DNA of 64,000 nucleotides from Ignavibacteriales bacterium. Lineage in GTDB: Bacteria > Bacteroidota > Ignavibacteria > UBA10030. The stretch covers positions 8,875 through 72,874 of the forward strand of contig JACPUH010000002.1 in assembly GCA_016192345.1 (NCBI GenBank). The letters run 5' to 3'. Position numbers and translations under genes: made by a program. Of this stretch, positions 28,248 to 36,646 are shown piece after piece; positions within the stretch are counted from its first letter, which is position 1; every line of letters begins with the position of its first letter. The notes under the pieces were generated by a model, which had not been told where the DNA came from, made no database searches, and was given only the letters and a program-made list of their open reading frames with translations.

Positions 28248-28702
28248 GTGCGGCTCGAAATGATGACTTCATCGGCTTGGATGATGACACGGTATTCATC
28301 CAGCGGCCGCGGTGGAGGGCCGCCCACCACGCGGCCGTTCAAGTCGTATTTGCCATTATGACATGCGCACCAAATCACTCCCGTGTCTTTTCGAAACTGG
28401 ACCGTGCAGTCGAGGTGCGTGCAGGTCGCGGAAAACGCCCGAACCTCTCCCTCGGCCGTCCGAATCATCATTACGGGTTTGTTGCCGAAACGGACGATCA
28501 CCCCACTCTCCTTCTCGATCTCGCTGAGCTTGCCCGCTTTGACGCTCGTGACTTCCACGTCCCCCTGCTTGGGGGGCTTGAGATAGGCAAAAACCGGGTA
28601 GAACACGGCACCCAGCCAGGCGAGAATCCCACCCCCCAGGAGGTATTTCAGAAAATCGCGCTTGCTGTGTTGTGGCTGGTCCAGTGTGGTGGGAGTATCC
28701 AT
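28244..28702 (-). CDS. Rieske [2Fe-2S] subunit
   Basis: Tat-like KRDFLK TM anchor; CTHLDC and CACHNGKY boxes; GPPPRPL; ATGA overlap with cytochrome b. Confidence 0.95.
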   Translation of the reverse strand: MDTPTTLDQPQHSKRDFLKYLLGGGILAWLGAVFYPVFAYLKPPKQGDVEVTSVKAGKLSEIEKESGVIVRFGNKPVMMIRTAEGEVRAFSATCTHLDCTVQFRKDTGVIWCACHNGKYDLNGRVVGGPPPRPLDEYRVIIQADEVIISSRT

Positions 28703-28709
28703 AATGCTC

Positions 28710-30203
28710 CTATTGGGCCTGGTGACAATCGCTGCAGTTCATTTCTTTCCATGCCGTACCGATGTCGACAGGGTGCTCGTACTCGAGCCCTTCAAGGGAC
28801 ATCTTGAGTTTTTCGTTCTCGTACTGTTGAGCAACAATGGTATGGCACGTATTGCAGTCCCTCGACAGGACTTTGCCGTCCTCGCTGACGTGCTTACCGT
28901 CATGACACCGGAAGCATCCCGGAGCGTACATATGGCCGATATGGTCCGGGTACTGACGCCAGTCATGTTTCATTTCCGGGAAGTAATTCCTCCGATATAC
29001 CTTCTGGAGCTCCGTAATGGCCCGCTCGATGCTCTCATGCCGTTCAGCCGCGATGACGGGGTAGTTTGCCCTGTAGTATTCCTCGATGACGGTCCTGATG
29101 CTGTCCGCCGCCTTCTCCCTCGTCGTGTACGGATGTTCCAGCACCTGCACCGCAAGGCTCTTGACGTACGGAAGGTTCCGGTCAAGCCACCCCAGGTCCA
29201 TGATATGATTCACGCTTCGCTGGGGGGGCTGGTAAATGTGTGTCGGGCGGTTGTGGCAGTCGATACAATCCATTCTTCGCGTCGTTGCCAAGGCCAGTTC
29301 TTCCTCCGTCGGCTTCACCTCCGTACTCTTGTAGACACGTTCCACTCCGTCCCTGCTTCGTGACTTGACCCACGGGATGACCATGCGCTGCCGGTCGAGC
29401 GCCGTGTAGGTCACCTCATTATCAATGTTCATGTGCCAATGGATGCCCGAGTTCGCACCGGATTCCGGAACACCCCCTCCGATCTTCATCAAGAGAGAGA
29501 GGTTCCACTTGGTATTCTTTTCGTCCGAAATATAATTCGTGATTTCCTTCTTTTTCTCGTTGAAGAAATGTTGCGGCCAGTGGCATTGTTCGCACGTTTC
29601 CTGTGCAGGCCGCAGGTTCTCGATGGGAGTCGGAATGGGTCGCGGATATTTATTGAACGCCGTGGCATAGAGCTGGTACGCACCGGAGAGTTTTGAGCGC
29701 ACAAACCAGCCCGCGCCGGGTCCGATGTGACACTTCACGCAACCGACCCTGGCGTGGGGAGAGAATTGATAGGCAGTGTATTCCGGCTCCATCACTTTGT
29801 GGCAGGTTTCCCCGCAGAATGCGTCAGAGTCGGTGTATTCGTATGCCTTGAAGCTTCCGAAGGCCGAGAACATGAGAAGCAGAATGCTTCCGACGGAAAC
29901 ATAGAAGAACGCAGTTCGATGGCGCGGATTGTTCAAATCGATCTGTGGCAGGCGCAGCCCATGCGGTTTTCCGCTTCTTTCCCTTTTGTGCTCTCTCCAG
30001 ATCCCCACCGCGATAAGAGAAAGTCCAAAAATCAAAATGGCGGGGAGAATCACGAACGCAATGATTCCCATGTACGGCTTTTGCTCTTCCGAAAAGAACT
30101 CCAGGGCTATAAGAAACAGGATGAGGCCGAAACTGACCGCGGCAACGGTTGCCCCCACCAGCGTTATGAGGTTGTAGAAACTATCCGGGAAGATTCTCTT
30201 CAT
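28710..30203 (-). CDS. imcH: ImcH-like inner-membrane heptaheme NapC/NirT-family quinol dehydrogenase
   Basis: Three N-terminal TM helices, CGETCH plus six CxxCH; HIGPGAGWFVRSKLSG, PIENLRPAQETCEQCHWP, GIHWH, RRMDCIDCHNRPTHIY and HIGH.Y.PGCFRCHDGKH match my recollection of Geobacter ImcH. Confidence 0.8.
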   Translation of the reverse strand: MKRIFPDSFYNLITLVGATVAAVSFGLILFLIALEFFSEEQKPYMGIIAFVILPAILIFGLSLIAVGIWREHKRERSGKPHGLRLPQIDLNNPRHRTAFFYVSVGSILLLMFSAFGSFKAYEYTDSDAFCGETCHKVMEPEYTAYQFSPHARVGCVKCHIGPGAGWFVRSKLSGAYQLYATAFNKYPRPIPTPIENLRPAQETCEQCHWPQHFFNEKKKEITNYISDEKNTKWNLSLLMKIGGGVPESGANSGIHWHMNIDNEVTYTALDRQRMVIPWVKSRSRDGVERVYKSTEVKPTEEELALATTRRMDCIDCHNRPTHIYQPPQRSVNHIMDLGWLDRNLPYVKSLAVQVLEHPYTTREKAADSIRTVIEEYYRANYPVIAAERHESIERAITELQKVYRRNYFPEMKHDWRQYPDHIGHMYAPGCFRCHDGKHVSEDGKVLSRDCNTCHTIVAQQYENEKLKMSLEGLEYEHPVDIGTAWKEMNCSDCHQAQ

Positions 30204-30309
30204 AGGCTCCTTTTGGCATATTCTTCCTTAAAAACCTACCAACAAAATTACTCAGAGTCCAACTCTATCTTGACGAATACTTGTTCAGTTCGGGGGGGAA
30301 CAGCGGAGA

Positions 30310-31554
30310 TCAAGGCCTGGCGACGTCCTTGGCACGTTGTCTTTGAAGAAAGCGCTCTATCAGTTGTTTATCCGACAACGATGTTTCGATACGGCGCAAA
30401 GCCTCTTGAATGTCTTTACTGGAGGAAACGTATGAGAGCCTGATGTACTCCTGATCTTCATCAAAGGGCCGGTGGCCGAAACACTGCTGCCCGAGCACTG
30501 CAACACCGGCTTCGAGAAGCAAAAATTGCTGCAGATCGCGTGAGCTTGAAAATCCATGGTTGCGGCACGCCTGCGTGACGTTAGGATAAGCGTAAAAGGC
30601 ACCTGCGGGAGTGTGGCATGAAAATCCCTCGATCTTGTTCAGCCCTTCTACAATGAGGTCCCGATTTCCGCGAAACTCCTCAACCATGGCTGTGACGGAA
30701 TCCTGGGAGCCGGTGATGGCCTCCATGGCGGCATGTTGCGTGAACGTCGCCGTGCAGGAATTGGAGTTGGTCATCAAACGGCCGACATGAATCGCCAGCT
30801 CTTTGGGCATGACGCCGTACCCAACCCTCCAACCGGTCATCGCATACGTTTTCGAATGCCCGTCGAGAATAATCGTTCGCTCCTTCATTCCCGGGAATTG
30901 ACTGATGCTCTCCGGTTTGCCCGAATAGAGGATGCGGGAGTAAATTTCATCCGAGAGGACCCAGAAGTCGTGCTTGAGAGAGAGTTCGGCGACTTCATGG
31001 AGATCCCGTTTGGGGATAACTCCGCCAGTGGGGTTATGAGGCGAGTTCATGATGACCATTTTTGTCCGATCGGAAATTTTCGATCGGAGCTCCTTGACGT
31101 CAAAACTGAACTGACGCTCTTCCTGGAGCCGCAACGGAACAGGGGTTCCACCGGCAAAGTTGATCATCGATTCGTAAATCGGGTAACCGGGAACAGGATA
31201 AATCACTTCATCGCCCTCCTCGATGCACGCCAGGATGCTGAAAAAAATGATCGGCTTGCCGCCGGGGACAACGACCACTTCGCTCGGGTGGACGGGGATT
31301 CCCCGTGTTGATGAAACATAGTCGGCGATGATTTGGCGGAACTCTGGAATACCTGACGAAGGGCTGTAATGCGTGAGATCGTTGTCCAGAGCCCTCTTGG
31401 CCGCTTCTTTGATGTTCGGCGCAGTTGCGCAAGCCGGTTCACCAATCGAGAGCGCAATGATGTCCCGCCCTTTCGAGCGGAGTTCATTGACCTCTGCGAG
31501 TACTTCAAACGCGGTTTCAGTGCCGAGACGTGACAAGCGGTTTGCGAGTTTCAT
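30310..31554 (-). CDS. PLP-dependent class I/II aminotransferase (aspartate aminotransferase-like)
   Basis: SIGEP, VVPGGKP, PGYPIY, NSPHNPTG, LSDEIY, DGHSKTYAMTGWRVGY (PLP Lys), YIRLSY. Confidence 0.93.
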   Translation of the reverse strand: MKLANRLSRLGTETAFEVLAEVNELRSKGRDIIALSIGEPACATAPNIKEAAKRALDNDLTHYSPSSGIPEFRQIIADYVSSTRGIPVHPSEVVVVPGGKPIIFFSILACIEEGDEVIYPVPGYPIYESMINFAGGTPVPLRLQEERQFSFDVKELRSKISDRTKMVIMNSPHNPTGGVIPKRDLHEVAELSLKHDFWVLSDEIYSRILYSGKPESISQFPGMKERTIILDGHSKTYAMTGWRVGYGVMPKELAIHVGRLMTNSNSCTATFTQHAAMEAITGSQDSVTAMVEEFRGNRDLIVEGLNKIEGFSCHTPAGAFYAYPNVTQACRNHGFSSSRDLQQFLLLEAGVAVLGQQCFGHRPFDEDQEYIRLSYVSSSKDIQEALRRIETSLSDKQLIERFLQRQRAKDVARP

Positions 31555-31575
31555 GATGTTCTCCTGTCGTGTAGA

Positions 31576-33609
31576 TCAATACTTCATTGCGACAGATCGT
31601 TTTTTGATGGTGATGAGCTCAAGGGCTTTGTGTGCGATATGTTCTGCGCTCACTTCAAATTCCTTCACAAGTTCCCACGGGGCACCGGATTCGCCAAACC
31701 GGTCCTTGACGCCAATCGACCCGGTAATGACAGGAACCTGATACAAGAACGGGGACTCCGTGATGATCCTGCAAACCCTGTCTGCCAGACCTCCGATTTG
31801 ATGTTCCTCGGCTGTCAGAACCACCCCGGTGGCCGCTGCGGCATCCGTAACCGCCTTCTCGTCAAGGGGCTTGAGCGTGTACATGTTGACGATGCGGGTC
31901 TCCAGATCAAAATCTTTTTTCAGGATATAGGCTGCCCGCATCGCTTCCGGGACCATCGGGCCGCAGGCAATAATGGCCAACTGCTCCTCTTCACTTGAAT
32001 ACTCGGAGGCCAGAATCGTTTCGAAGGCATCCACAAATCGCGGTTGTTCGCCTCTGAAGCGTATGACGTTGGCTTTGCCAAACGTGAAGGGAGTCTTCTC
32101 CGTTGTGACGATCGGAGTCGCTTCGCGCGCGAACCGAATAAACTTCGGACCCTGCATGCCAAAGAGAAAATACTCGGTCGCCTTCTTTGTTTCCGTCGTA
32201 TCGCACGGGACCGAGACTTTCATATTGGGTAATCCACAAACCTGGAAGATATCCTCCAGCGCCTGGTGGGTCGCACCATCGGGACCGACGGAGACCCCGC
32301 CATGCGCTCCTGCAATCAAGACGTTCAATTCTCCATAACACACTGTCGTCCGAATCTGATCGAGGCAGCGGCCGGCCGCGAAGGTGCCGTAGCTTCCGAG
32401 AACCGGGATCTTTCCTTCGCGGGCAAGTCCCGCTGCAACACATACCGCGCTTTGTTCGGCAATCCCCACGCTGACCCAGCGGTCTTTTCGCTCAGGGTGC
32501 TTATCATAGAAATCGCTGATCGTAATCGAACCGGAGATGTCAAGACCGAGACAAACGATCCGCTCATCTCCCCCATGCTCCTTCAACGCGTTGCCGAATC
32601 CCTTGCGCGTGGGCTGCATCTCGACCTTCATCAGTTCATCGGTGTTCCACCAGTAATTGCGTTTGAACTTGGGCATCTTCTTTTCCAACTCGGCTTCAGC
32701 TTTCTTCTGATGGGACTTTGCCGAGAGGAGCATTTCATCAACCGGCAGTTGGCCTTTGAGCCCAAGTTGTTCAACGCCCTCATACATTTCTTCCATGCTC
32801 GGGGTTTTGCCATGCCAGCCGGCGACGTTCTCCATGAAGTCGACGCCTTTTCCCTTAACCGTCTCGGCCAGAATCACCACCGGTTTTCCTTTGACCGCCT
32901 GCGCACGATCGTACGCTTTCACAATCTGATCCATCGTGTGCCCGTCTGTCTCTATCACTTCCCATCCAAAGGAACGGTACTTCTCCGCCAGCGGATCGAC
33001 ATCCATCACGTCTTTGACCCAACCATCGATCTGGAGACGGTTTTTGTCGATGATCCCAATGAGGTTGTTGAGTTTATAATGGCCGGCCTCCATCGCGGCT
33101 TCCCAGATTTGGCCTTCCTGCTGCTCTCCATCCCCCATGATGCAATACACCTTGCTGTTCAGTTTCTTCATCTTGAGGCCCAGGGCCATCCCGACAGCGA
33201 TACTGAGTCCTTGACCCAGCGAACCTGTCGACACTTCGACTCCCGGCAGTTTCAACCAATGAGGATGACCCTGAAACAAACTTCCGAATTTGCGCAGCGT
33301 AACGACATCCTTGACATCGAAGAAGCCTGCCATACCAAGTCCCAAGTAGAGGCTCGGCGCCTTGTGCCCAGCCGACCACACGATTCTGTCCCGTCCCTCC
33401 CATGCAGGAACTTCCGGATCCAGTTGAGCTGCATAAAGATACAACGCTGCTGTAAGATCCATGACCGAAAGCGTTCCGCCGGAGTGACCGGAGCCGGCAG
33501 CGGCAAGGCAAATCAGATCATATCCGCGCATCATGCGCGCCGCTTCTTCCAGTTGCGAGACGGTGTAGGTCGTCCGAATCTTACCGGTTTGCGAGTTCAC
33601 GAGGGGCAT
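31576..33609 (-). CDS. tkt: Transketolase (N- and C-terminal subunits of the split type fused)
   Basis: SGHSGGTLS, FQGHP...STGSLGQG, GDGEQQEGQIWEA (ThDP motif), GIAEQ, GPDGATHQ. Confidence 0.9.
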   Translation of the reverse strand: MPLVNSQTGKIRTTYTVSQLEEAARMMRGYDLICLAAAGSGHSGGTLSVMDLTAALYLYAAQLDPEVPAWEGRDRIVWSAGHKAPSLYLGLGMAGFFDVKDVVTLRKFGSLFQGHPHWLKLPGVEVSTGSLGQGLSIAVGMALGLKMKKLNSKVYCIMGDGEQQEGQIWEAAMEAGHYKLNNLIGIIDKNRLQIDGWVKDVMDVDPLAEKYRSFGWEVIETDGHTMDQIVKAYDRAQAVKGKPVVILAETVKGKGVDFMENVAGWHGKTPSMEEMYEGVEQLGLKGQLPVDEMLLSAKSHQKKAEAELEKKMPKFKRNYWWNTDELMKVEMQPTRKGFGNALKEHGGDERIVCLGLDISGSITISDFYDKHPERKDRWVSVGIAEQSAVCVAAGLAREGKIPVLGSYGTFAAGRCLDQIRTTVCYGELNVLIAGAHGGVSVGPDGATHQALEDIFQVCGLPNMKVSVPCDTTETKKATEYFLFGMQGPKFIRFAREATPIVTTEKTPFTFGKANVIRFRGEQPRFVDAFETILASEYSSEEEQLAIIACGPMVPEAMRAAYILKKDFDLETRIVNMYTLKPLDEKAVTDAAAATGVVLTAEEHQIGGLADRVCRIITESPFLYQVPVITGSIGVKDRFGESGAPWELVKEFEVSAEHIAHKALELITIKKRSVAMKY

Positions 33610-33669
33610 GGCGACATCCTTATTCTAATAGCATGCTGCCGTTGGAGAAAGGAGAACCATATCAAACTT

Positions 33670-33686
33670 AGCAATTCGCGTACCAG
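33670..33686 (-). promoter_or_regulatory. Sigma54 -24/-12 promoter upstream of tkt
   Basis: Minus strand CTGGTAC-GCGAA-TTGCT, about 62 nt before ATG 33609. Confidence 0.7.
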
Positions 33687-33816
33687 AAAATGTTCCGTGA
33701 GAAGGAAAAATGGATTGGTAGAGATACACCCACGGCGTAAAATTCCCAGGAATGGGAAGAAAAGCCTCCTATTTCTGCAAATGGGACCAGCGAAAAGAAT
33801 GAGGAGTTTCGAAGTT

Positions 33817-34659
33817 CTAGCGGTATGCAAACACCATGGCGTAGATGATCATGACGATCAACAGGAAGCCGAGGGAGAGTGCAGTCCACGCAAACACCTT
33901 CACGGTTCGAAGGACGATGGGGGGATAAGGATCCGCCATCATATTCTCAAGCTCACCTGATTTCTTGAGCGCCTCATATTCTCTGGGGCGCTCTTCCATG
34001 AACTCCTCCAGCGGGACGCGTCCCGTGAAGATCACGAGATCCATGGGAAACTTTTCCGGACGGAGATGGGTATTGAAAAAATGGACTGTGAAGATAAACC
34101 CCACAGCAAGCAAGGCTTCGTCACTGTGGATAATTGTGGCAACGTTGATGAACCAGCCCGGCATGAACTGAGTGAAGAACTCGGGGAACCAGAGCATGAG
34201 ACCGGTCGATCCGATAATAAACACTCCCCAGAAGACAGCGAAGTAGTCAAACTTTTCCCAATACGTCCAGCGTCCGTATTCCGGTCGAGGTCCGAGATTG
34301 AGAAACCATTTGATGGAGGCGACGAACTCCCGCAGGTCCTGTTTCGTCGGAAGCATCGTGTCGGGTCCCAGGAGCAGTCCCCGCAATGATCCTGCCTCCT
34401 TTCGCTTGCGTATGAGCACGTTGTAGAGGTGTGCAAAAAAGATTCCGAACATAAAGACCGCAGCAATCCGGTGGATATAACCGGCGGATTCATATCCTCC
34501 CAACATTCTTGAAAGGACATTCGCCCAGCCGGTGTAGGAGAATTTCAGGGTCATGCCAGTGAGAGCAAGACTGATAAAACTCACGATCATGACAATATGA
34601 AGCACTCGCTCGAGACGGGAGAACCGCACAACCTGGTGTTCCGATTCCGGACTATGCAT
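33817..34659 (-). CDS. Diheme cytochrome b (FdnI-like fold), CbcL-type membrane domain encoded separately
   Basis: [65 protein letters not shown] match my recollection of the CbcL C-terminal domain. Confidence 0.85.
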   Translation of the reverse strand: MHSPESEHQVVRFSRLERVLHIVMIVSFISLALTGMTLKFSYTGWANVLSRMLGGYESAGYIHRIAAVFMFGIFFAHLYNVLIRKRKEAGSLRGLLLGPDTMLPTKQDLREFVASIKWFLNLGPRPEYGRWTYWEKFDYFAVFWGVFIIGSTGLMLWFPEFFTQFMPGWFINVATIIHSDEALLAVGFIFTVHFFNTHLRPEKFPMDLVIFTGRVPLEEFMEERPREYEALKKSGELENMMADPYPPIVLRTVKVFAWTALSLGFLLIVMIIYAMVFAYR

Positions 34660-36646
34660 TGTCGTTCTTCGACTCCTGATTCTTTTTCTCCAACCTTCTC
34701 CGGCGCTCCCGCCTCATTTGCAGGGCTCGCGGGAGCCAGAGGAGAGTGTGGGCGCCGCCGAGAACAAAAGTTCCAATGAGCAGGCCGGTCATTCCCCAGA
34801 ATGTCCAGAAGAGGAACGGATACTTGTCGGGATCGTGATGGGTTGCGTGTGTGAGGTATCCTGCAAAACGGCGCGTGGCACCTGGATGGCATTTTTGACA
34901 CGTTCCGACAACGTTGTCGTGACTCAAATGCGATTGGGGATCGGCAACGGGACGAATGTCGTGAGCTCCGTGACAATCGTAACATTTTGCCGTTTGGGTG
35001 TAGCCGAGCTGCGAGACTTTTCCGTGATAGGTGTCGAAGTACGTGGTGGCAATCTTCTCATGACACTGTCCGCATTTTGTCATGATGTCGAGCTTAAATC
35101 CTGCAATGTCTGTCCGGCGGATGGTGTGTGCAGAATGACAATCGTTGCAGACGGGGAGTTTCTTGTCCGTCTTATGCTTCAAGGTGCTATGGATGCTTTG
35201 CACGAACTGTTCCTGGATCCCGTGATGGCATCGACCACATGTGACTGGTACGTTCTCGGGATTCACGCTTGACGCCGGGTCGGAGATCGGGCGGACATTG
35301 TGCGCAGGATGGCAGTCGCTGCACGTCGCAGTCACGGTGAGACCGCTTTTCAGCAATCCTTTCCCATGGATGCTCTCCGTATAATGGTTGACGATCTCGT
35401 GTTCCGAGCCCGTGTACCGCATGGCTGCTTTCTTCCCTTCCTGGTGGCACTTGCCGCACAGCCGGGGGATGTTCAGGGCAAAGATCGGGGAGCTCGAATC
35501 CGTCCGTCCTTTCACTTCGTGCGTACCGTGGCATTCCTTGCAGGTTGGCCCATTCGGGTCATTGTTGGCGATAAGTTTGCCGTGCATGCTGCCCTGATAT
35601 TGCTGCCCTACTTCCGCGTGACATGACGAACAATCAACTTTCTGCGCAATGGTCTCACACGGACGATGCCTGGACGCGTTGACACCTGCATGGCATTGAC
35701 TGCAGGAGATTTTCTGATGTTTCGAATGAGCCAGCGTATCCGATTGAACCGCCAGGGACCTGCCATCGGCGGAGGACCGAATGGAGAGGTTCGCGTGACA
35801 GCGCATGCAGTCCTGGTCCGCCATTCCCTGATCGTAGAAAACCTTGCGCGCTTTGTGGGGCTGATGACAATCCACACATGCCGGGAGAACGTGTTCTTCT
35901 TTTTCCCACAATGCACCCTTGATGACTTTACGATGAACGTCCTCAATTTGCGCGTGACACACCGTACACGTCGCGGCGATATTTCCCCGCGCGATCGAGG
36001 ATCGGGGATCGGTATGGGGGAGAATGAAGTGCGGTGTATGGCATGAGGCGCAATTGGCCGAGACAACGAGGCCCCGTCTCATGAGACCCTCGGCATGGAT
36101 GCTTTCAGAGTAATTCTCGAGAATATGCGACTGAAGAATGACCCGCTCTCGTTGCACGCGAGTTCCTTCCTGATGGCAGCGTCCACACATAAAGGGAATG
36201 CGGAGGGGCGAAACAGCCGACTCGGCGCTTTTGGTGCGGGCAATCGCGTGGCTGCCGTGACACGATTGGCAATTCGGCGCCAGCGCATCGCCACGGGCAA
36301 CCGCTTTGCCATGGAGACTTTCCTTGTGGAGTTCCTCTTCGGAGGTATGGCACGTGCCGCATACCACCGGCACCACAGGGACCCCATGCGGCATTTCTTT
36401 CCCTTCAAGATCCACGTGGCACGTGACGCACGAAAGATCTGCGTGCACCGACTTCAAAAAGATTGCCTGATCGACAAAAAGCGATACGGGTTTCCCTCGT
36501 CTCTCCGTGGTCAGACTTTTGTCTTCGTGGCACGTGAAGCAGTCGCTGTTATCCTGGCCAAGGGCCACCCCGCCAAGGAGGATAGTCAGGAACAAAGCCA
36601 TGATGGTCCGCCGTCGGATCGCCGGCAGCACGGGAATCGTTTTCAT
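34652..36646 (-). CDS. 19-heme cytochrome c with C-terminal TM helix (expanded CbcL-type heme domain)
   Basis: Signal peptide, 19 CxxCH counted, internal duplication, C-terminal HATHHDPDKYPFLFWTF...GAHTLLW; stop overlaps the cytochrome b start by 8 nt (ATGCATAG). Confidence 0.9.
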   Translation of the reverse strand: MKTIPVLPAIRRRTIMALFLTILLGGVALGQDNSDCFTCHEDKSLTTERRGKPVSLFVDQAIFLKSVHADLSCVTCHVDLEGKEMPHGVPVVPVVCGTCHTSEEELHKESLHGKAVARGDALAPNCQSCHGSHAIARTKSAESAVSPLRIPFMCGRCHQEGTRVQRERVILQSHILENYSESIHAEGLMRRGLVVSANCASCHTPHFILPHTDPRSSIARGNIAATCTVCHAQIEDVHRKVIKGALWEKEEHVLPACVDCHQPHKARKVFYDQGMADQDCMRCHANLSIRSSADGRSLAVQSDTLAHSKHQKISCSQCHAGVNASRHRPCETIAQKVDCSSCHAEVGQQYQGSMHGKLIANNDPNGPTCKECHGTHEVKGRTDSSSPIFALNIPRLCGKCHQEGKKAAMRYTGSEHEIVNHYTESIHGKGLLKSGLTVTATCSDCHPAHNVRPISDPASSVNPENVPVTCGRCHHGIQEQFVQSIHSTLKHKTDKKLPVCNDCHSAHTIRRTDIAGFKLDIMTKCGQCHEKIATTYFDTYHGKVSQLGYTQTAKCYDCHGAHDIRPVADPQSHLSHDNVVGTCQKCHPGATRRFAGYLTHATHHDPDKYPFLFWTFWGMTGLLIGTFVLGGAHTLLWLPRALQMRRERRRRLEKKNQESKNDNA

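Noticed and set aside
28350-28375. CACH in the Rieske protein as a heme-binding motif
   Set aside because: It is Rieske box II (CxCH), not CxxCH.
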